Shown here: positions 59,815 through 64,000 of the stretch, in pieces
Position numbering within the stretch: the first letter of the stretch is position 1
How the letters are laid out: every line of letters begins with the position of its first letter
DNA from: Mycobacteriales bacterium
Lineage (GTDB): Bacteria > Actinomycetota > Actinomycetes > Mycobacteriales > SCTD01
Direction of reading: 5' to 3'
DNA: 64,000 nucleotides
Assembly (NCBI GenBank): GCA_030697205.1
Contig: JAUYQP010000049.1
Location: 69,623 to 133,622 of the forward strand
Notes under the pieces: model-generated
What the model saw: the letters and a program-made list of their open reading frames with translations, nothing else
Database searches by the model: none
Told to the model about the DNA's origin: nothing
Position numbers and translations under genes: made by a program

Positions 59815-60227
59815 GCGGTTGGCTCATCGACACATCCGCACTGGTCCGGCTAAGCGGCAGCCCGGACGCCGCCGCTTGGGTCGAGCGCATCGAGCAGGGA
59901 GCCGTGCGCATCGCTACCGTCACTCGTCTGGAGGTCGGCTACTCGGCCCGGTCTGGGCCGGATCTTCGCGCGGCAGTTCGGCGCGCTCCCCTGGGCGCGA
60001 TGCCCGTGGAGTACCAGACCCCGGCGATCGAGGACCGGGCGCTCGAGGTCCAGATGCTGCTCGCGGATCGCGGGCACCACCGGGCGCCCTCCGTCCCCGA
60101 TCTGATCGTGGCCGCGACGGCGGAGCTCGCCGGTCTCGCCGTACTGCACGTCGACAAGGACTTCGAGCTGATCGCCGAGATCACCGGTCAACCGCTCGAA
60201 CGACTCGCCCTGTCCTCTGCGCCCTGA
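59811..60227 (+). CDS. vapC: PIN-domain toxin (VapC-type)
   Basis: 138 aa. LIDTSAL...TRLEV...DLIVAATAE...HVDKDFE acidic quartet pattern. Confidence 0.85.
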   Translation: MSGWLIDTSALVRLSGSPDAAAWVERIEQGAVRIATVTRLEVGYSARSGPDLRAAVRRAPLGAMPVEYQTPAIEDRALEVQMLLADRGHHRAPSVPDLIVAATAELAGLAVLHVDKDFELIAEITGQPLERLALSSAP

Positions 60228-60394
60228 CCCAGCTCCCCTGTCGTCCTCGCTTCCTCCGCGACCCGACGTCACCGACCGAGGCCTCCCGATCTCTGCCCGC
60301 CTACGAACTGCCAGCGGACAACCCCTTTTTCTCAGAACCACACACTGGTCTCTATCGAGAACCGGACTGGGTGAAGCGGCGGATGAGGCCCTAG

Positions 60395-60878
60395 CTAGAG
60401 GCCGCGATGTCGGCGCCACTCGGACTTGAGAAGCCGTTCCTCCTGGACCAGCGCCTCGAGTGCCGCCACCGGCTCGAGAAGTGCGTTCTCGTAGGCGTGC
60501 GACTGAAGACCAAGTCGGGAAAGCCGTCGAGGTCGATCGTCGTCTCCGCTGTCGCATAGCCGGTTTCGACACGAAGTCACTCCACGTGATGGCGTCGCCC
60601 AAGACCGCCACCCCGACCGTCAAGGATCCGCACGCGAGGTCGACGCACATCGGGCAGCCGAACAACGGCAGTCGTCCCTGTTCCAAGGGCGAGTAGTCAT
60701 CGGACCGCTCCTCGCGACCTGTGAGTTGCCGCAGCATGCTGGCGGCGTCGTCGGGCCAAGCGAGATCCAGCACGCTCTCGAACGAGTCCTTGGACGGGCC
60801 GAAGGTCTCGGGCTCTGGAACAGGGTGCGCTTCCAGCAAGTCCCACAAGGATCGACCGTCACGCTCGACCACCGGCAC
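60395..60878 (-). pseudogene. Hypothetical gene disrupted by two frameshifts
   Basis: Sense reading switches frame after ...ITWSDF (to VETGYATAETTIDLDGFPDLVFSR) and again to ...HAYENALLEPVAALEALVQEERLLKSEW. GTG start at 60878. Confidence 0.55.
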
Positions 60879-60965
60879 TTCGGCGTCCTTCGATCACTCG
60901 ACGGGAAGAAGATCGTTCTCGTCCCGTGACGTCGCCGACGATGGGCGTGCGTTCGCGCGAAGGCC

Positions 60966-61127
60966 TCAGTACTCGCCCTTGATAACGAAGTAGGAGCCGC
61001 GGATCTCGCCGGCGAGCGTCGACTTCTGGCGAGCCCACGAGAAGGCCGAGAGCTCCTCCGGTGGGTCCATGCCCTCGGAGAACTTGAAGCCGGCGGCGCG
61101 CTTGCCCCCGGCCGCCAGCGTGTAGGC
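60966..61127 (-). pseudogene. Unassigned C-terminal gene fragment
   Basis: ~53 codons (...[40 protein letters not shown]) with no plausible upstream body. Confidence 0.3.
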
Positions 61128-61184
61128 GCGTTGACGGCCAGGCCGGACTCGAAGGACACGTGCGTCCAGCGGATGCCGTCGACC

Positions 61185-61352
61185 TTCGAGCACCACCAGG
61201 CCGTGATGGCGCACGCCGACTGGATCGTGGAAATCGGACCGGGCGCCGGGCACGACGGCGGCCGGGTCGTCTTCGAGGGCACGCCGGCGGACCTCGTCGC
61301 CAGCCGGTCGACGCTCACCGGCGAGCACCTCGCGGCGTACGTCGAGACCTGA
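61185..61352 (+). pseudogene. C-terminal fragment of a UvrA-like ABC ATPase
   Basis: [53 protein letters not shown] matches the extreme C-terminus of UvrA paralogues. Nothing is left upstream. Confidence 0.6.
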
Positions 61353-61381
61353 CCCATCGGCTGCCGTTCGGGTCGACGCCC

Positions 61382-64000
61382 TCAGTCCCGCCCGGCCCGT
61401 AGGCAGACGAAGGCGGCTGCGGTGGCGCGGTCGACCGGAGTCGACGGTGCCGAGCGCTGCGCCGCCGCGAGGGCCTCTGCCGGTCCGGCCCCCGCCGCCC
61501 ACCCCCGGTGGAACCGCGACATGAGAGAGGCGGTCGCCGCGTCGTCGACCGGGACCACGCTGGCGACGAGGGTCTGGGTGCCCAGGGCGAACAGGGCCGC
61601 TGCCAGACCCAGCAGCTCGTCGCCGGCGCGGACCCCGTGACGTCCTGAGTCGCAGGCCGACAGCACGACGTGCGTGGGCGTGCGAGGCAGGCGCTCGAGG
61701 TCGTAGACGGTGAGCGGCCCGTCCTCGAGCAGAAGTGCTGAGAACAAAGGGTTGTCGGCGCGAAAGACGGCATGACAGGCGATGTGGGCGAGGTCGGTCG
61801 TGGCGAGCAGCTCGAGGACGCGGCCCGACGTCGCGTCGGCGCCGACCAGAGAGGTCGCGGGCGGACCGTGCGCCGCGATCACGTCGGCCGCCTCGCTCTG
61901 GGCCGCCGGGAGGTCGGGACCTGCGACGGCGAGGACGCGCGGCGCTGCCGTCGAGAGGATCGGCCGGTTCCAGAGGCTGAGCGACGGTGCGACCTCCACC
62001 ACGCACTCGCGCAGGCCGGGGAGCAACGACCAGGGCACCGCGTGCAAGGGACCGGTGGGCACGACGAGGACCGGCTCGTGGCCGCCACCCGGGAGGCGGT
62101 CCAGCCCCAGCAGTGCGGAGAGGCGAGCAGCCCCGGTCGTGAGCACGTCTGTGGAGTCGTCGCCGGTGACCTGCCGTCGGAGGGCGAAGGACAGGTGCCG
62201 CAGCTCGAGGCTCGCCCGCGCCGACGGTCCGCAGTCGACGACGGTCGCCGACCGGTGCACGACCACGGCGCGCAGCCGCCCGTCGTGCTCGAAGAACGCG
62301 ACGAGGCGCCGACTGCCCAGGGCGGCTCGCAGGTCCCGCATCGTCGGGACCGCGGCCGCCCGACCGGCGAGCCCGCGAGCGTGGTGCGCACGCCGGCGCA
62401 CCGACTCCTCGAGCTCGCGCTGCCGTCGGACCAGGGAGGTCATGACGGGCTCGTCGCGCAGCTGCGCCTCCTGCAGCTCGGCGCTCACGGCCCGCAGCGC
62501 TGAGAGGTCGTCCGCGAGCTCGCGGTCCCCCGGCGGCCGGACCGGTGGTCGGTGCAGCGCTGACGCGCGGAGTCGCTCGGTCCAGGCCAGGACCGTCGCA
62601 GGTCGACCTGAGTCGAGAGCCAGTCGCACAGCCAGCGCCCCGAGGTCACCCGCGTCGACGGCCGCGGCGGCTCGGAGCTCGGTCGCTCCGAGGACTGCCT
62701 GGTGCGACGCAAGGGCTCGCAGACCAGCAGAGGCCGACCGCATGGCCCCGGCTGCGTCGCCGGCCCGAGCCCGGAGCAGGGCCTCTGCTTCCCACCCCAT
62801 CAACCGAGCCTGCGCCGAGCTCGACGTGCGGTGGTCGGCCACTCGCGCCAGCTGGCCCTCCTCCTCATCGCCGTGGCCGAGGGCGGCTGCGGCCCGAGCC
62901 GCATGCAGGCGGGTGCGCAGCTCGGCCTCGTGCCACCCGGCGCCGCGCAGCGCGTCTGCCACCTCGCACGCGATCCGTAGGGATCGTCGAGTGGGTCTCG
63001 ATCCTGCCCCCGCTTCGAGCTCGAGGGCGCGGGCGAGCACCGTCCATCCCCGCCGGCCCTGGCGCTTCAGCAGTCGTCCGGCGCGTCTCGCGTCGGCGGC
63101 GGCGACAGCGACATCGCCGGTTGCCAGCGCTGCGCGGGCCCGAAGCACCAGCGCTTCCGGAAGGGTCGCCTCCATGCCCGCCTCGTCGAGTGCCTCCGCG
63201 GCGATCCCGGCGATGACCAAGGACTCAGTGGCGAGGCCGGCGGCCAGCAGTGCTTCCGCGCGGTCGAGCTGGTAGACCGCCAACGGGACGCCCAGGTCGG
63301 CGATGCCGCGCTCGGCCTCGTCGAACAGCTCGAGCGCCGCGGGCAGGTCACCACCCCGAGACAGCACCCAGCCGAGGTTGTGCAGGCCGTCGAGTGCCCC
63401 GAGCGCCTCGCCGAGGTCACGGCTGAGCGCGACCGCACGACGCAGGTCCCGCTCGGCCTCGACGAGGTGCCCGCGGTAGCCGTGGACGACACCGCGGTTG
63501 CCGAGGACGAGAGCCGTGAGCGACCGGTCGCCCTCCCGCTCGGCGATGGCGAGGGCGCGCGAGGCTGCGGCCAGCGCCACCTCGTAGCGGCCGAGGCGCA
63601 CGTAGACCGCCACGAGCTGGTTGTGCACCTGGGCGTGGTCGTCGCCGAGGGACGTCCCGGCCTGGTCCAGCTCGCGCAGGGCCAGCCGGGGGCGGCCCTG
63701 CTGGAGCAGCTCGAGGGCCAGGCTCAGGCGAGCCTCTCCCGCTCGGACCGGCAGCGCCCCTGTCTCGGCGAGCCGTACGGCCCGACGTAGGTGCTGGGCC
63801 GCACCCCGCACGTCGAGCAGCTCGCGACAGGCGATGCCGAGCGCGCGCTCGGCGACCGACGCCGCCTCCGCGCCGAGGCGTGCCCGTTGCAGGAGGCTCG
63901 CCGCCTCTCGGGCGGCTCGTCGTGGCTCGAGCGCCGCCAGCCGCAAGACCGCTTCCGCCTCGCTGACAACCGTCAGAGCAGCACCCAGTCGGTGTGTCGC
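61382..64000 (-). CDS. TPR-repeat CHAT-domain (caspase-like) protease, N-terminus outside the window
   Basis: N-terminal ~450 aa of TPR-like Ala/Leu/Arg helices. C-terminal CHAT with His (HIACHAVF) and Cys (VVLSACDSG) dyad. The frame stays open from the track's TTG 63946 to position 64000. Confidence 0.85.
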   Translation of the reverse strand, partial: ATHRLGAALTVVSEAEAVLRLAALEPRRAAREAASLLQRARLGAEAASVAERALGIACRELLDVRGAAQHLRRAVRLAETGALPVRAGEARLSLALELLQQGRPRLALRELDQAGTSLGDDHAQVHNQLVAVYVRLGRYEVALAAASRALAIAEREGDRSLTALVLGNRGVVHGYRGHLVEAERDLRRAVALSRDLGEALGALDGLHNLGWVLSRGGDLPAALELFDEAERGIADLGVPLAVYQLDRAEALLAAGLATESLVIAGIAAEALDEAGMEATLPEALVLRARAALATGDVAVAAADARRAGRLLKRQGRRGWTVLARALELEAGAGSRPTRRSLRIACEVADALRGAGWHEAELRTRLHAARAAAALGHGDEEEGQLARVADHRTSSSAQARLMGWEAEALLRARAGDAAGAMRSASAGLRALASHQAVLGATELRAAAAVDAGDLGALAVRLALDSGRPATVLAWTERLRASALHRPPVRPPGDRELADDLSALRAVSAELQEAQLRDEPVMTSLVRRQRELEESVRRRAHHARGLAGRAAAVPTMRDLRAALGSRRLVAFFEHDGRLRAVVVHRSATVVDCGPSARASLELRHLSFALRRQVTGDDSTDVLTTGAARLSALLGLDRLPGGGHEPVLVVPTGPLHAVPWSLLPGLRECVVEVAPSLSLWNRPILSTAAPRVLAVAGPDLPAAQSEAADVIAAHGPPATSLVGADATSGRVLELLATTDLAHIACHAVFRADNPLFSALLLEDGPLTVYDLERLPRTPTHVVLSACDSGRHGVRAGDELLGLAAALFALGTQTLVASVVPVDDAATASLMSRFHRGWAAGAGPAEALAAAQRSAPSTPVDRATAAAFVCLRAGRD

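Overview
This is a very GC-rich actinobacterial chromosomal window. The presence of mca points to a mycothiol-producing organism. All calls come from reading the sequence and the ORF track by eye; no database or HMM search was run.

Backbone: the housekeeping genes follow the same order I recall for M. tuberculosis Rv1080c-Rv1112. That order is greA, DUF4307, mca, then hemolysin III, Z-prenyl diphosphate synthase, phoH2, fumC, glpX, DUF4245, xseB/xseA, ispH and ychF.

Accessory DNA interrupts this backbone in four places:
- A ~31 kb island at about 3.2-34.4 kb. It holds a MarR-MFS pair, a GGDEF-EAL protein, two MMPL exporters, two TetR-P450 pairs (one with its own ferredoxin and reductase), a secreted beta-propeller plus MBL hydrolase, an ISL3 element, and a strip of gene fragments.
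- pckG plus a PadR module.
- A DUF559 gene, a class I fumarase and xthA between fumC and glpX.
- A molybdate operon, then after ychF a VapBC pair, gene debris and a TPR-CHAT protease that runs off the window edge.

I recognised no rRNA, tRNA or CRISPR.

Candidates most worth follow-up:
1. A four-gene, translationally coupled operon: TetR, hotdog thioesterase, BtrH/DUF4872-like protein, MMPL (29.4-33.9 kb).
2. An MMPL exporter fused to an extra TM helix, a Pro/Thr linker and a ~195-aa extracytoplasmic domain I cannot assign. It sits behind a 43-bp perfect palindrome.
3. Three tandem pairs of long-loop hairpin repeats with a 72-75 bp period, each just 3' of a minus-strand gene.
4. A strong G-quadruplex motif on the sense strand just upstream of fumC.
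5. xseA and xseB split by an antisense GNAT gene whose start codon abuts the xseB start codon (CAC|GTG).

Many long ORFs in the track are antisense shadows and are rejected.
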